DNA of 64,000 nucleotides. It comes from Trichoplax adhaerens. Taxonomy: Eukaryota; Animalia; Placozoa. Position numbers and translations under genes: made by a program. Within the stretch, counting starts at the first letter, position 1; each line of letters opens with the position of its first letter. This document shows positions 13,516 through 27,835 of the stretch, piece after piece. Location of the stretch: the NCBI RefSeq assembly GCF_000150275.1, contig NW_002060944.1:7950735-8014734 (forward strand). The letters run 5' to 3'. The notes beneath the pieces are model-generated. The model was not told where the DNA came from. It ran no database searches and worked only from the letters and a program-made list of their open reading frames with translations.

Positions 13516-16221
13516 TTATTCCATTACATCTTCGCTAACATCGTCATTATGTTCCCCTGAGATATTTTCACTACAGGCTGATGTATTCATCGAGCTATTA
13601 ATAGGCAGTGAGGATGAATTTTGGATTGTATCTTCCAATATAGTGCCTATATGAAATGAATGAAGACTAGAAATTTAGGTTCAAATTAAAATTATAGGTA
13701 ATGTACAATAATTATTTAGCCCATCTTTGACTGTCCATTAAGTTAAAATGGTAGCACTTACATTGAGTGGTATTCATCGATTCGTTAGCAAAATCTGACG
13801 CATTTTCGGTGGATTCTTTCACTTCCAAATTTTTCGATTTTGCATTTAATAAAGCATCTTGTAATTCTTTCAATTGATAGTCTTGATCAGCAGTTAACTC
13901 ACTAGTGCCACCATTTTTTATTTGTGCTTGCCTCTTTTGATGTATACTTTCGCTGATGGCTTCTAAATTTCGAAGAACTTTAGTGTATGAAAGCTTCAAT
14001 CCATGCAATGCATCTTGAATTTCATTACATGATCGCTTCTTGTGCTTCATAGAGAGAAGTGTTAACAATAATTCATATCAGCGAAGAAATTGTAATATGT
14101 ACGTATTAAAGCATTATGAGCTATGTTGCATCATCGATGATATATGCTATTAGAATACATCTAAATAGCTATGAATTCGTAACAAGGTAAACTTTACCGA
14201 ATTGAAATTTTTCTAATATTTAGAATTGTAAGATAATAACGTTATAAAATTGACTTGTCTAGTAGATTTATAAGTAATAAAATAGATGTAAACCTTTAAT
14301 TCGGCATCCATTCTGTACTTTTCTTCATAGTATAACCTATATGTGTTAAGTTTATAATTGGCTTTCAACAATTTTACTTAATTTTTCTAATATTATGATT
14401 CAGTTAAATTACCGTGATTTTGTTAAAGGTTTGTACAATTCGTAAAATAATTGCTCTAGAGTCTCCTCTGCATCTCGCTGTGCCTCTAATAGTAAATTAT
14501 ATCGATCTTCGCAGTCTTTTACTTCCGTATTAGTAACCATAACCTAGAATGTAAATTATTTAAATTATTCATGCTATTAAATAGTAGTATATGAACTTTT
14601 AGCGATGTATGTAGAAATAACCTTGTTATTAGCATGGTTGACCATATCTTGCCAGGCTCCATCAAAGCTAGACTCTGACCTATTAAGTAAGTTTTCTTCA
14701 GCTACTGCAATCATCTCGCGAGCTGCTTCATGTACGGTTGATGCCGTTTCATAGGCTAGTGATGCTTTTTCGAATTCATGCTGTAGCTGAGAACGAAATA
14801 ATTATTTTGATGAGGTATTGAATCACTTTTTTATCTAATTAAAATGATTAAATTTTTTGGCAAATACCGCATTTGCTCTTTCTGCTGTTTCATAATAGGG
14901 CCTTGATTTTGCAATGCAGCTACCTAATTCTTGTGCTAGTTCAGTTAACTTCTTCGTACCTTCTTTAAGGGATTTTTCGAAATCACTTCTTGCATTCTAT
15001 TGCAATAAACAAATTGTCTTCGTAACGTAAATGGCATTTGATATATTTAATGATCAAAAAGATGTAAACATTAGTCTCACATCCAATATTTTCTCATGTC
15101 GATTTATCTCCGAAGCTAAAGCATTCAGCTTTTCTAGTTCTTGCTAAAGAATCGAGTAATGAATTAAAAATTATATTGATGTTATAACACTTGAAAATGA
15201 GACTTTTCTGCTTATATTGTACTCCATTTTACCGTTATATAATAAATAAAAAATACAATATTTTATCCGAGATAGCTGAAGTAGAATTCCTGACGATAAA
15301 AGCGCCGGTAGCTATCCTACGTTTACAAATTACGCTATAGATGGTATGAATCAATGTATACATATGGTATCTTGCATAAATAGAACAGATGTACACGATA
15401 GCGTTTTGAAGATTGTACAATAAAATGCTCCATAATAGGATACTGAAACCAGGAAAAGAATACAAGAACTCTCCAGGATCACATTCACTAGCATACATTT
15501 GCAAATATCAGTTTATGTAGTAAAGATAACATCTTAGCAGTATTTAATAATAATAGTTTAATTTCCTTCTTCCAGGGCGATATTGGATGCCTATACTCCG
15601 ATATGACAGTGATTATGATCACTAGTGTCTTCGATCTTATATTTATCCGGCCGTTAACAAGACAAAATAGGAGTATATGAATAATAGGATGATTTAAAAA
15701 AGCTAATTTTTATTTAGCCAAAATAGGTTGCTAAACAAAATATCATTCCGTAGAAATCTCAATTGCCTCGCTAGGCTTGGAGACTTTTAGTACTACCTGA
15801 CGCAATCTAGAATGAGTGCGATACATCCTACTTTAAAATCATCCTTTTAAGTACTGTTTTAGGTTTAAAACTTTTTAGTTCTTTAACAATTATCTCGATT
15901 ATTATTGCCTCGTTGAACTTGCGGACTTTTAGTAATACCTAACGTAGTCTAGAATGAATGAGATCCATCCCATTTTAAGACATTCTTATAAAGTATAGTA
16001 ATAGGTTTTAAAAATATTTAGTTCTTTAACAATTATCTTAATCTTTATCAGATAATACGTATATTAGTGTATACTTATACTTATAGATAAAACAAAGATA
16101 TTTGAAATTAGTTTTTCAGACTGGTTTACAGCTACTTAGATGAGTTCCAATGTACTCAGATAGTAGTTACCGTAATTCTAGGATCTAATTCTTCATTAAG
16201 CTCTTCATCCAAATCCATCAT
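13516..16221 (-). CDS. SH3BP5: SH3 domain-binding protein 5 family (Sab/parcas, Rab11 GEF) homolog, ~331 aa; exons 16221-16171, 15143-15081, 14996-14868, 14786-14622, 14543-14413, 14336-14294, 14044-13762, 13646-13516
   Basis: Manual splicing gives ELDPRIT-QELEKLN, LGSCIAKSRPYYE, FDGAWQDMVNHANNKV and LRNLEAISESIHQKR, all characteristic of the SH3BP5 family. All introns are GT-AG with consistent phases. Confidence 0.92.
15762..16043. repeat. Diverged tandem duplication (~142-bp unit x2) in SH3BP5 intron 1
   Basis: attgcctcg...gacttttagta.tacct.acg...tctagaatga.tg...tagttctttaacaattatct occurs twice, at ~15762 and ~15904. Confidence 0.85.
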
Positions 16222-18146
16222 TCATGAAGGCCATGGAAGAATAATGACCAATTTGTATAGTGAGAAAAACTTTATCTGAACATATGGGCCGAAAAAATGT
16301 AAATTTTATGATTCATCATTTTAATAAAATTATTATGATGAAAATACCCCTAACTATCCTATAGAGTAGACTGAATAAAGAATACAGTATACAATACCGT
16401 CGAAATAGAGTATGTAAATAAATGAATTGGCCATTATAATGGATACTATAGGAGATTTTCGATGGGCTGAAGGATTGGAATGCGCAGGTACTCATTCGAT
16501 CAGAGAAAGATACTGCCTTAAGCCTAGGGCACAGAGTAATGCTCATCACCATGAGACAATATGGTGGCAAACTATTGACTGAGATATAAACTATTTACGA
16601 GTGTTTGGTAGTACTGCTACATTAGTCATATATAAGCGTGAGATTGCACGATTTCTTAATTTTTTTCAAGATATGTCAATATATGTCTAATGCATCAGTA
16701 GGACAGCTTAACCGAAGTGTATAAAATAAATAATTTATGCAAAATAGTTAGGGCTAATGTACATTAGAGACCCTCTATGAAGCGGATGTTAGAATCCCGG
16801 TTATCCCTCTTTTCCTATTCTGAATAAATATACTCTTCTTTCTTTATAATTTGCGTGCTACACTATCGATGGACTCACAACTACCACCTCCATCCATGAA
16901 GGTACCTACTGAAGTGAATGCCGATATGTCAGAGCTAATAACCTCGACGGCGACAACATCACAGTACACTGTACACTGTATAGAATTTTTTTTTCAGATC
17001 AGTGTATATTTTTATGGTTTATTTTATTATAAAACCCGTAAAAGTTGATATGGGTTTGATCAAGTTTTGATCATATTATTTGTTTTTTTTTTAAACTGGA
17101 TTGAATATCTACACCCTGTATATATATTATTTGTAGTTAAACTATTGATTATATTGATTATTTGTATATGGCATATACATTTTTTAATTATAATTAACAC
17201 TTACCAGGGCAATCATCACTGCGCATGCACAAACACTATGACAGCATATCTACTACAGTACTTGACTATGAAGTATCGATGTTTTCTTGGAGTAACCTTT
17301 TAATGTCAAGACTTTGGCAGTTCTAACATCGAAGAGGACTTTCAAATGGAGAGTTACACATATAATAGCAAATCTTTGGTTGTAATCCTTTTCAGTTTTG
17401 ATTCTATAGCAGCCCAAGTCTTCCCATGCCGTCCTGAGGTTTGCATGAATTGCTACACAATTGTGCTGTTGTGGCAACTGCGCATGATCGTTAACCTCAG
17501 CTCGACATGTAACAACATGTACCCATGCTGAGACTACAGTGTACAGTACATTGCAGCGTGCACGAGGGACTGTAAGAGTACAATAGTACTGTATCAATGT
17601 GCAATAGTCGACCATCAGAATATTTCAGCTATACACGACTGAATATAGGATAAATTGCGCTGTCTAGTACATCATACAGCAATTCGCTACAGTACATTGG
17701 CTACTGGATGACGCTAATGCTGTATCCAAGGCATCCTAGCAATGAACTGCACGTCATTTGATTAGCCCCGGCAAAATCAATATTAAAATAGCGCTGCAAA
17801 ACTTTAAATCGTAGCAAAGTAGACGACTAACGCTTTGGAACTGCATGCAATAGCATTGATTGTATCTGAATTGCACTGGCCAGTGGAAATCGTGGAAAGG
17901 AACGCTACTTCTAGAGTCATTATTGGCTAAGAGCTGATTTTAACGTCGCATACTTTTAGAGATCCAGGTCTTGCAGTTCATTCATTTACTGACAACGGAT
18001 GGTGAAAATAAATTAAGTTGAACTGGCGATCGTTGTGAAAGAAGAATATAATTGGATGAATGCTTCATTTTAGGTGAATTAAATATTGTCAAATCCTATT
18101 GATATAAAGATAGACGACTCTAGGCTCGGTAGAATTGTTGAGCGAA
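16222..18146. promoter_or_regulatory. Divergent intergenic/promoter region of SH3BP5-like and SHPRH
   Basis: Head-to-head genes. YY1-like AATATGGTGGC at ~16558, NRF1-like TGCGCATG at ~17220 and ~17479, CACGTCA at ~17750, CCAAT boxes (ATTGG) at ~17696 and ~17923. Confidence 0.45.
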
Positions 18147-21100
18147 ATGAAACGAAAAAATTCAACCGTACGTAAAATTTTACCTGAGCAACAACAGCAA
18201 TTATCTTGGAACATGGCCAGCCTTGCCAATGGTGTTGCTGATGATGATGACATGGATGATCTACCGCATAATTCGGATAGTTCAGCCACAACGGCAAAGA
18301 AACAAAAGGTGGTATCGGATGATAATTCTAACGATGAGATCGATCAATTCTCTATCCATTTGCATGTAAATATTTCTAAGGTAGAGACTGTTGCACGTAC
18401 TTTCGAAATTGGCCAGTTTAAAGCTCAGATTACATTAGATAGTACTTTCGACCTCCAAGCTATTGACGCTATGATCTTATCATTTGGCCAATGCAATGAT
18501 AATGGCTTGGCAACTATCCAACTCAATGATAATTATGAAAGAAAGCTACTATGTTCTATCCATCTACCTACACATGTACTCAATGCTATGGATATCCTAG
18601 TCAATAAATACCGAAATAAAAATGGCAATGCTGCTTCGTTATACTTGCACGCCATGGAAACAGACAAACAATTTGTTAACCTTACTCTATCCCTATTTCT
18701 GGAAAGTCCAGCGTTCGCTAGACTCCCAGGGCCAAGTGCATCCATTGCCAATACTGGTGCTAGTCATCTTATACAAAATGTACCCGTTATCATACGACAT
18801 TTCTTGGGCGGTCAGTTGAATAGTGAAGACTTTGAAGGTAACAGTAACTCATACTGAACATATTGATTACGTACAAATAACTATAACTGTGGATATACTG
18901 GTTGATTTCCTTTTAACATTACGTCCTGCTGGTTACTGTATACGTATAAAATAAATGGAATATCTATCCAACAACATTTTATGGCAACTAGTAGAGTATT
19001 ATGCACATGATACTTCGCGTGAATGTGTTGTAATGACAGTGAATTTTAAATTTCTAGAGAGGGATAAATGCCGTAATAAGCAATGCTTTAAGGATTGATA
19101 CGACTAGATTAGCTTGGGTAAAAATGAAATTGACTTATTTTATTATCAATAGTTTCCCGAATACCAGGTACAGCTGCAGATGCAGATGAAATCTACCGTA
19201 AAATTAAATCATCTCCATATGCTATGAAATCGGATATCGATGATCGAACCCATTTGCAGCATCAAAATTTACTGCCAACTTTGAGACCGTATCAGGCTAG
19301 AGCTGTTCAGTGGATGTTAAATAGAGAAAGATCATCAACATCGGCACAAGATCGATCGATAATCCACTCATTGTGGAGGGAATTAAAATCAATTGATGGA
19401 AAACAATTTTATTTTAATCCGTATTCTTCTCGGTAAAGCTCTAATTACTGTTGATAGGACTGCTTATACCCTTTTGCAGTTTTACATATTATCAAGTTAT
19501 CTATTATAACCAGACTTAATAATATTATTAACCTTTCATCAATTTCTTAAGAATAACTATATCCAGATTTAATATTGCCCCTTTACCACCTGGTGGGATT
19601 TTAGCTGATGAAATGGGCCTAGGAAAAACGGTAGAAGTTTTGGCTTGCGTACTATTGAATGAAAGACCAACTAATATACTAGAGAACTCGACATCGACAG
19701 ATGTTAGTGGTAATAATTTAGCTGCAAAGAGTTGCGATGATGTATGTGAGCGATCAGATGTAGCCTATCAGTATGACTGCAGTGACTCGAAAGATGCGGA
19801 TAAAGTTGATGAAGGAAAAAATACTTCTACGCTACGTAAACGAATACACAGTCAACTGAAAGATAGTATAACTAGACCAAGTAATGGTAATTCATGCAAA
19901 CTTACTTGTATTTGTGGTGGCTTAAATGAAGATGAAGACAGTGAGCAGCCGAAAACCGCGCAATGTCAAATTTGTTCGATATGGCAACATCCAAAGTGTG
20001 TTAGACCCGACTTTGATTATTGTTCAGAATATATTTGCCCGCATTGTATTGTTAGAAAGGTACAATAATGCCACATTTCTGCCATAATTAAATATAATTT
20101 AATCTAGCGGCAATCCATTTATCAGGCGCTAGCTCAATTCTTGCTCAAGTGAAAATTTTATTTAAAAATTTGTTAATAATATTATTAGCCTACTATCGCA
20201 TCCGGAGCTACGTTGATAATATCTCCATCATCGATTGCTTACCAATGGAAAGAAGAAATAATGAGACATATCGATAAAGCTGGCTTTAAAGCAATGGTAA
20301 ATATGGGTATATATCCTCATTCAATCGTATAGTTTACTGATATTGAAGATAATTAGTTACAAGTACTAAACCGAAATGAATTATTTTCTTCTTACAGATA
20401 TATAAAGGTGTTGCCAAGGAAGGATTTATTAATCCTTCTGTTTTAGCAAACTATGATATTATCATAACTACATATGAAACTCTCCAGCAAGATATCTATC
20501 ATATTGCCGACAACCACGGTTATTATTGCATACATTACACAAAGCTTAATTATCTCCCGTAGGTAATGAAATTATGTCATATACTAACCCTTATATTTAT
20601 TAATAGGCAATGTTCAAAAACAACTGCGTTTCACTAGGCGATATTTAGCCTTGCCTAGCCCTCTACCATGCATAAATTGGTGGCGGATATGTTTGGACGA
20701 AGCCCAAATGGTAGAAAATGTAACCGCAAGGGTGAGTCCTTATGCATTCGAATAGGATTTTTCAAGCGTCTTGCATTTTTTTGAGTGTTTCTTTAAAAAA
20801 TTGAAATTTTATTGTTTAATAGGCTGCAGAAATGGTTCTTAAATTGCAGTGTATCCATCGCTGGTGTGTGACGGGCACACCGGTTCAGAGGGGAATTGAA
20901 GGTAACCATATGCAATCTTATTTGATACACAGTATAATTAAATGAAATTATTATTAGGATTTTAAAGTATTATACGAAATCCGTATCAAGATGAATGCCA
21001 AACTGATGTGTTAATATTTAAAAAATTATTCATTTTTATAGATTTGTATGGCCTTGCACTTTTTCTTGGGTTGGATCCAATTCACGAAAGGGTATGGTGG

Positions 21101-24100
21101 CGAAAGGTTATATATGAAAATTATATTTATGGAAACTTGCAGCCATTAGTTGATGCATTTGCTTCAATTTTTTGGAGATCTGTAAAATCTGAAATCGTAG
21201 ACGAGGTTAACGATTTTTGAATTGATATTTCAGTAAAAGATTAAAATTCTACATCTAGTAGTAATACCGAATGTTTCATAGATCCAGCTCCCGGAACAGT
21301 CCAGTTCAATGAATTGGCTGAAGTTATCACCAATTGAATCGCATTTTTACCAGAGACAACACGAAGAATGTTCGACCGATGCCCTTAAGGTAGGTGTTTC
21401 TCTGAGTAGTGAATTTCGCACTGTACGAAGTACATTTTAAGCTTTCGTACGTCATAAATGTTTTCATATATTTTATGTTATTGGAAAACCTCAAATTTCT
21501 TCAACTCTGGATATTAGGTTATGAATCGAATTGAACAAAAGTCTGAAATATCAATTAGTAGCCTGGATAAAGTTACATTTCAAAAAGTATATTCGATATA
21601 AATTTAGAATAAGAAAGAAATGGCGTTGTTAAATCAAATTTTGTACTGCATCACCTAATTTCCCTTTCAAAAATTAGATGCTGAACCCTCTGCTACGACT
21701 ACGCCAAGCTTGTTGCCACCCACAAGCTGTTACTAGTAGTGGGATATCTCTAAATCGAGGGTAAAGTGTTAGCATTTGTTTGTTCATTTACAATTGCATA
21801 GTGTTAAGATCAATTCACTTTCAACAGACGTTTAACGATGGATCAGATTCTGGAAAGTATGATTAAAAAGTCAAAGACTGAATGCGAAGAAGCCCAAAGA
21901 CAAATCATTTTCGCGCTTAATGGTATTACAAATATTCTTAAAAATACCGATTCTGTCGTTTGTTACGGCTTCGTCTGTAATGCTATTTATATTCATGTTT
22001 TAGGTCTGGCAGGTGTTCATGTTATGAAGGAAGAAGTCAGTGCATTTTCGGAGTTTTGTTTTCTTCTTTCAGTTTTTTAAGTATATTATGCTAACATACT
22101 TTAAGTACCCTATGTTTTATATTATGATAGTTAGTAGAGGCAGTGGATCGGTATAGGGAAGCCATTGCTGCATGGGAAGAATATAAAGATAGGCTCCATA
22201 CAGACAGCATACAGGTATTCTCATTTGTTCATATATAAAAAGTTTTGAAAGCTGTAAAATCTTTCGTACTACCATCCTTGTTATGGAAACGTTAAGATCT
22301 ACTTTAATGATTACATTTTAGAAAATTCACACTCTGCATAATCTGAATGATATCTTGAAGAATCATCCTGAGATAGCACAAGATTGTGGTAGGACGATAC
22401 GAGAGAGCCGTCTAGACCATGAGGTACGCTATACTGATAGGTCATGCTATTTATTATTCTAATATATAAGCATAATTCTGCTATGTGAAATATAATTCTT
22501 TAAATTGCCTTCTTGCCTTTCTTGGACTGACATGTAACGGAAAATTACAAAGGTGGAACAACTAAAGCTTTCATATTTAATTAAATTTAAAACTGCTACT
22601 GTTAACTCTCGTGAAATTCTTCAACAAAGTAAACAAGCAATATCGGAATTAAAGGTAAAAATTTTATACTGTTGTTATCAAAGGAAAATTTGATCCAAAT
22701 ATGATTTATTTTAACGATATAGTCTCAGCTGGATGAAATTTGGTACCTTCAACTACTGGAAAAATTTGAAGTACTTGGTCTTGAAAATCAATTAATAACC
22801 AGACTACAGCAACGTTTATCGACTCAATTAACGCAAATGTATCTTAATTCTACTGAAATGGCTGGAAGGTTGTCAATCTGTACGCTTTTATAATTAGTAA
22901 TAAGACGAACTTTAATGAATAAATATCATCTTACTATCTAAATTTTAGCTTTACAAATATTACTGGGCTGAAATATGTTGCGACTATGCAACTGGATGCA
23001 ATAACAGAATCTCGTGAAGCACTATTAAAATTGATATATTCCATTGATCAAGAGAATTTTCAACTTTTGGTATCTTCGGCGGCAGATTGTCACTTAAGAC
23101 CCTCGAAACTTCAAAGGCGTAAAAAGTACTTAGAGGATCTATTATATACCTATCAATTTAAAGTTACTATAGGTTTTAATGGAGTGTTTTGAATTTTACT
23201 ATAGGTGTAAGATATGTGAAGCCAATCGCTATTTTGAAGAATATGAATCTCACCTATTTTTATTACAAAGGCGTAGTAAAGAGAAGTACGGCTCCAATAA
23301 GTTATTGTAGCTTTTCACTTTCTATGTATAAAATGATTTAATAAATTGTAATTGTACATTATTATACTGTTTATAGATCCTCCAATTTACAGGAAAATTT
23401 GAATCGGATGATGACGACGAAGCAATTGGTTTCAAGAGCCGATAGTGAAATAGAAAGGACTCTGAAAGCTATTGTAGCTTTTGCAAAATCTTATGGTTGG
23501 GAATTTTTAAAATTATAGAAAAAAGTTGCTGAGTATGAATTTGTTTATATACCTGCCATTCATGCCTTAATAAATAGTGAATTATAAAGATGATGATGAT
23601 GATGATGATGGCGGATTGAATGCAAGCCAATCAGAAATGCATACGGAAAGGTTTGAGGGAATATCTGATGACGAACACCAAATTCGTGAGATGATTAGAT
23701 CTGGTCGTCATTTTCTGTCATTGCTGGACACCTACAAGAAAGAATTTAATGTAAGATTTGAAAATTTTATCAGTAACATTAGAATTTAGGTTCTTAGTTG
23801 GTAGTTTATGCTGAAGGGCTATACGCATACAATCTGTAAATGATATTTACCATTTCCTGTAGCATATTAGAGCATTATGGATGTCTATAGATGATCATAT
23901 CGCTGCGTTAGACGAACTTGAAATGGCAAAAACTCGGCTCCGTAAGCAATGCCCAGGTGAAGAAGTCCCGGATTCTGCTCAAACTTATATTATTCCTCCT
24001 GGCCTAGTAAGTCACAATCTGCAATGTACTGATATTGTGGTATCTGTAACTTGAGGTATTGGCATTGATTTGCTTTTCAATAATCATGATTTCCAAGGTT

Positions 24101-25703
24101 GAACAAACTAGATTTCGATTTTTATCGGATTTATCACTTGGAAAGATAGAATTAAAGAAAAAACTAGGCCAGCTATCTTATTTAGAGAATTTATCTAAGG
24201 TTATACTTGATTCCTGCAATAAAATAGATAAATGATTTGACCTGCTTTCTCACTTTTAATATTCTGTATGCCCTACCTTCTAAATTAGGCGCGCAACTTC
24301 AGCAGTCATGAAAATGAAGATTCATGTCCAATTTGTGTACGAAAGCTTGGAAAAGAGGTTAGTATTCGTTTGATCTCTTTTTAATATACTTGTTTGTTTG
24401 TTACTCTTTGTAAATAAATGTCTAATTTAACTGATATAATCTTGTAAATATTAGTGGACAGTATTGGGCTGTGGTCATTGTTATTGCTACGATTGTACCG
24501 ATGTCATGATAAAAAAGTGTGCACAAAATGATATGAGACAACAAAGTGTAAAGTGCCCGTTATGCCGCATAAAAACTGCAGTTCCTGAAATATCCTATGC
24601 TAGTTTGGATGATGCAGCATCTACTTCGGAGGCTTCAGATATTAAAGTTGAAGTAAGATCCCTTATCTCTTATGATATAACTTGTTTATAGTTACCAAAA
24701 CTTATAATGTAAATTTTTACTGCTGTTAGCCTGTATTTGAAGTGTTTGCATTGACTTTCAGGGGAGTCATTCTACAAAAATCGAAGCTGTGGCTAGGAAG
24801 TTATTATCTTTTCTAAGAAAAGATGACCAGACCAAGTTTCTAATCTTTTCTAGTGTAATTTATTTGATAATTTTGCTACTGTATACTGTAATATTATGAC
24901 ATTCATTTGTTTAAGATTGCTACCATAGAAGTGCTAGTATGACTACTAACTTTTTACTATCACATTCCTGTTACTATGCATATAGTGGACGGTGGTCCTA
25001 AATTTAATTTCTCAAGCTTTGACTGACAATAAAATTAATCACATTAACGCTAAAAGTGGGCAAAATTTTCAAGTGAGTAGGATCGTTCTTGTAATTATGC
25101 ATATACTTCCTGAGCCTTAAATGTTGACCAGGGTTACTATTTTCATCAGGACTCTATTACGAAATTTAAATATGATACCAGCATACCAGTATTATTATTA
25201 CCATTAAAATCGGGAGCTAATGGATTGAATTTAATTGAAGCAACTCACGTTATTTTGATTGAACCGGTTTTAAATCCTGCCCAAGAACTACAAGCAATAG
25301 GAAGAGTTCATAGAATTGGTCAAACTAAGTAAGTTGTGTATTTGGCCGATATGGTGCTACAGTAAAGCTCCTGCCTTACAGTGTAAAAAATTCATTCATT
25401 TTTGGGATATATAGATAATCAATTGTTTATCTCTACAGATCAACTGAGGTACATCGATTTATAATAAAAGGTACTGTGGAGGAAAGAATTATGGATATGA
25501 GCCAGTCAAAGAAAGTGAAGAAATCGTCTCGGTAATACATAACTGTTTAACTAATGAGACGAAACAGTATTTTATAAAAATGTAATCTGGCTAATGCATA
25601 CACTTACGTTATTTTTTAAAATAGGAAAAGAGGCAAGGACGAAGTCCCGATAACAATCGATGAATATAAATCGTTATTTTTAAAGAGCGATGAGTTGCTA
25701 TAA
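18147..25703 (+). CDS. SHPRH: SHPRH: SNF2 helicase-PHD-RING E3 ubiquitin ligase, about 30 exons
   Basis: N-terminal [33 protein letters not shown] (motif I), PHD (CICG...CQIC...WQHPKC...CPHC), [10 protein letters not shown] (motif II), [24 protein letters not shown] (CPIC...CGHCYCYDC...CPLC), HELICc ([13 protein letters not shown]...[12 protein letters not shown]). GT-AG exons traced in frame to TAA at 25701-25703. Confidence 0.96.
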
Positions 25704-27835
25704 TTTGTTTAAACTATTGGAAAGCTCTCTAGTTTCATATATCGAATTTTCTCTAAGCGACAAAGATAAAGTCTCATATTTGGTAGGACCCGTTTTAGTT
25801 CACAATACTTTAAAAAGTAATTTGTATTAAGGAATTGTTGGGACAGTTGGAATAACTTTTGTATATAATAAGACGGTAAAAAGTTTTAATATCGTAGTTT
25901 ACCAATGCTTTATTACCTGAAAATTTCAGAATTTGGTCTGTCTACCAATTTTATTTTCGTTTGATTCTAATTACAATAAGGTACAAATTAAAAAAAATAT
26001 GAAATACTTCGTTTGTTGTAATATGAAATGTTCCTTATTATATGGCAGACGGTGTCTTCTATTCTAAGCTACCAAGGACGCGAGTGGGTAATCTTTAGTA
26101 TACATTGGGTTAGGACTTGAACATTTTATGATTTTTCATTCATCGTTATAATTATAAACGAAATTACCACACGGTTATCGGGAGGGGTAGCATAACATGC
26201 TACAACTATCTGCATTACAGTGGTAATACTCACTGTTTTTAATAGACTTGATTACTGAGATACGCTGAAACTTGTACCCATAAAATCAATCAATAATCGT
26301 GAATGATAATAACTGTTTGATGTTCATCTACAGTAGATTCTACACGTTACCCGCCCTATAACTGTAAACCCAAGTTACTGGGCCAATAGCGCAATTAGCA
26401 TATCGTATAGTATCAAATAGTCACTACAACTTGAAAATACAGCATCATTTTTCCTCACCTAATAGTGAGAACGCTTGTCACTTTAATAAGAATCAATAGT
26501 AACGATAAAACCGTAATAAAATTATATGCTTAGGACTGTCTCGTAGATATGGAATGGTATATCGGATTTGTAGTGTACATTTGTCGTAATATTTTATACA
26601 ATGACTTACTTAACAACAGTGTGAATTTTTACGCTTAAATCGCATTGCTGTAACTTACAAAGGTATGCTGAGAAGTTACATTTAATGAGCGCCAATTTAG
26701 ATAAATTGTATTCTAACTTCTAAATAAATATTAATCCTCTTTAATTAGCTACTAGGAATTGAGCTGCGGATAAAGATACTGTAATGTTATCGCGCTAAAT
26801 AGTCAGGGACTTGAGGATAAAAATGACTTTCCAAAATGAAAAAAATTGATTTAAAGGAATCAATTTTTATTCATTTTTGAAGACGATTTCTATCGAAAAG
26901 TCCCTGCAATAGTGTAGATTGAACAAACACCTTTATCATATTGTTACATTTACTCATATATTTTCATCACAGGAAATGCTCATCGTTTTGAAAGTGTTTC
27001 ATTCACTTCCTTTTGATATCAAGCCTTGCCTGTATTTGTTTAGTAATAGATACTACTTCAATTAAGCGTATGTATGTTTGGACTATTTCCTGAATATGAA
27101 TCTTTACGTTACTAGAATAGATTACAACTTATCAGAGTATGTTTAATTCAAAAGGAAACGTAGTTACATATACCAGTAGCAATATTATTCTAGTAACCAA
27201 ATTGATTCCTCAGTATGTATAGTTTAGATTTCAACTTGGATAATTCCATCTCAACCCTTTTACTGTTATAACAAAAATCTTAAATAATTATAAATAATAA
27301 TTAAATTATTATTATTATTACATCTTTGTCGACTCTTGGTTGATATTGTTTACCCGGTCCAATTAGTAACCTGTAAACATCCTTAAGTAAAACAGGTAGT
27401 ATGGATATAAAAAGATTGTATAAATACTGCAACTTTTTCACTGGTGATGAGTAAGTAGGTCAATTACTAGTTCAATAAAGGCAATAATACATCAATGATA
27501 AAATTATTATACAGTACGAGTTAATGTACATGAGCAGTTACAGACAATATGGATCTGATTTAATCTGCATTCTTTCAAAAATTTTTATCGTCGTAATATG
27601 GCTATATACAAAGTTACAGATGTAGTATGTATATTCTATCGCGCTGAATATATCATACAGATAATATGTGGAAGGATTCAATGCTAAAGAGACGATATAC
27701 CGTACGTCCTAAGGCTTCACACATCGACTTTCATAATCAGCTGTTAGAAAATTGTACGAACGTCTGCCATTTGGCTACCATCATTATCTTTTTTAAATAA
27801 GGTAGGGATGAAAATTGTGCCAGTAAAATGCAACA

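Noticed and set aside
17253-17615. 120-aa minus ORF and a SANT-like fragment (HGKTWAAIES) in another frame
   Set aside because: Too short, interrupted by stops, and no supporting exon structure found.
18079-18819. Antisense and alternative-frame ORFs over SHPRH exon 1 (likewise over the Kelch, TMUB and RRM exons)
   Set aside because: Shadow ORFs of real coding exons.
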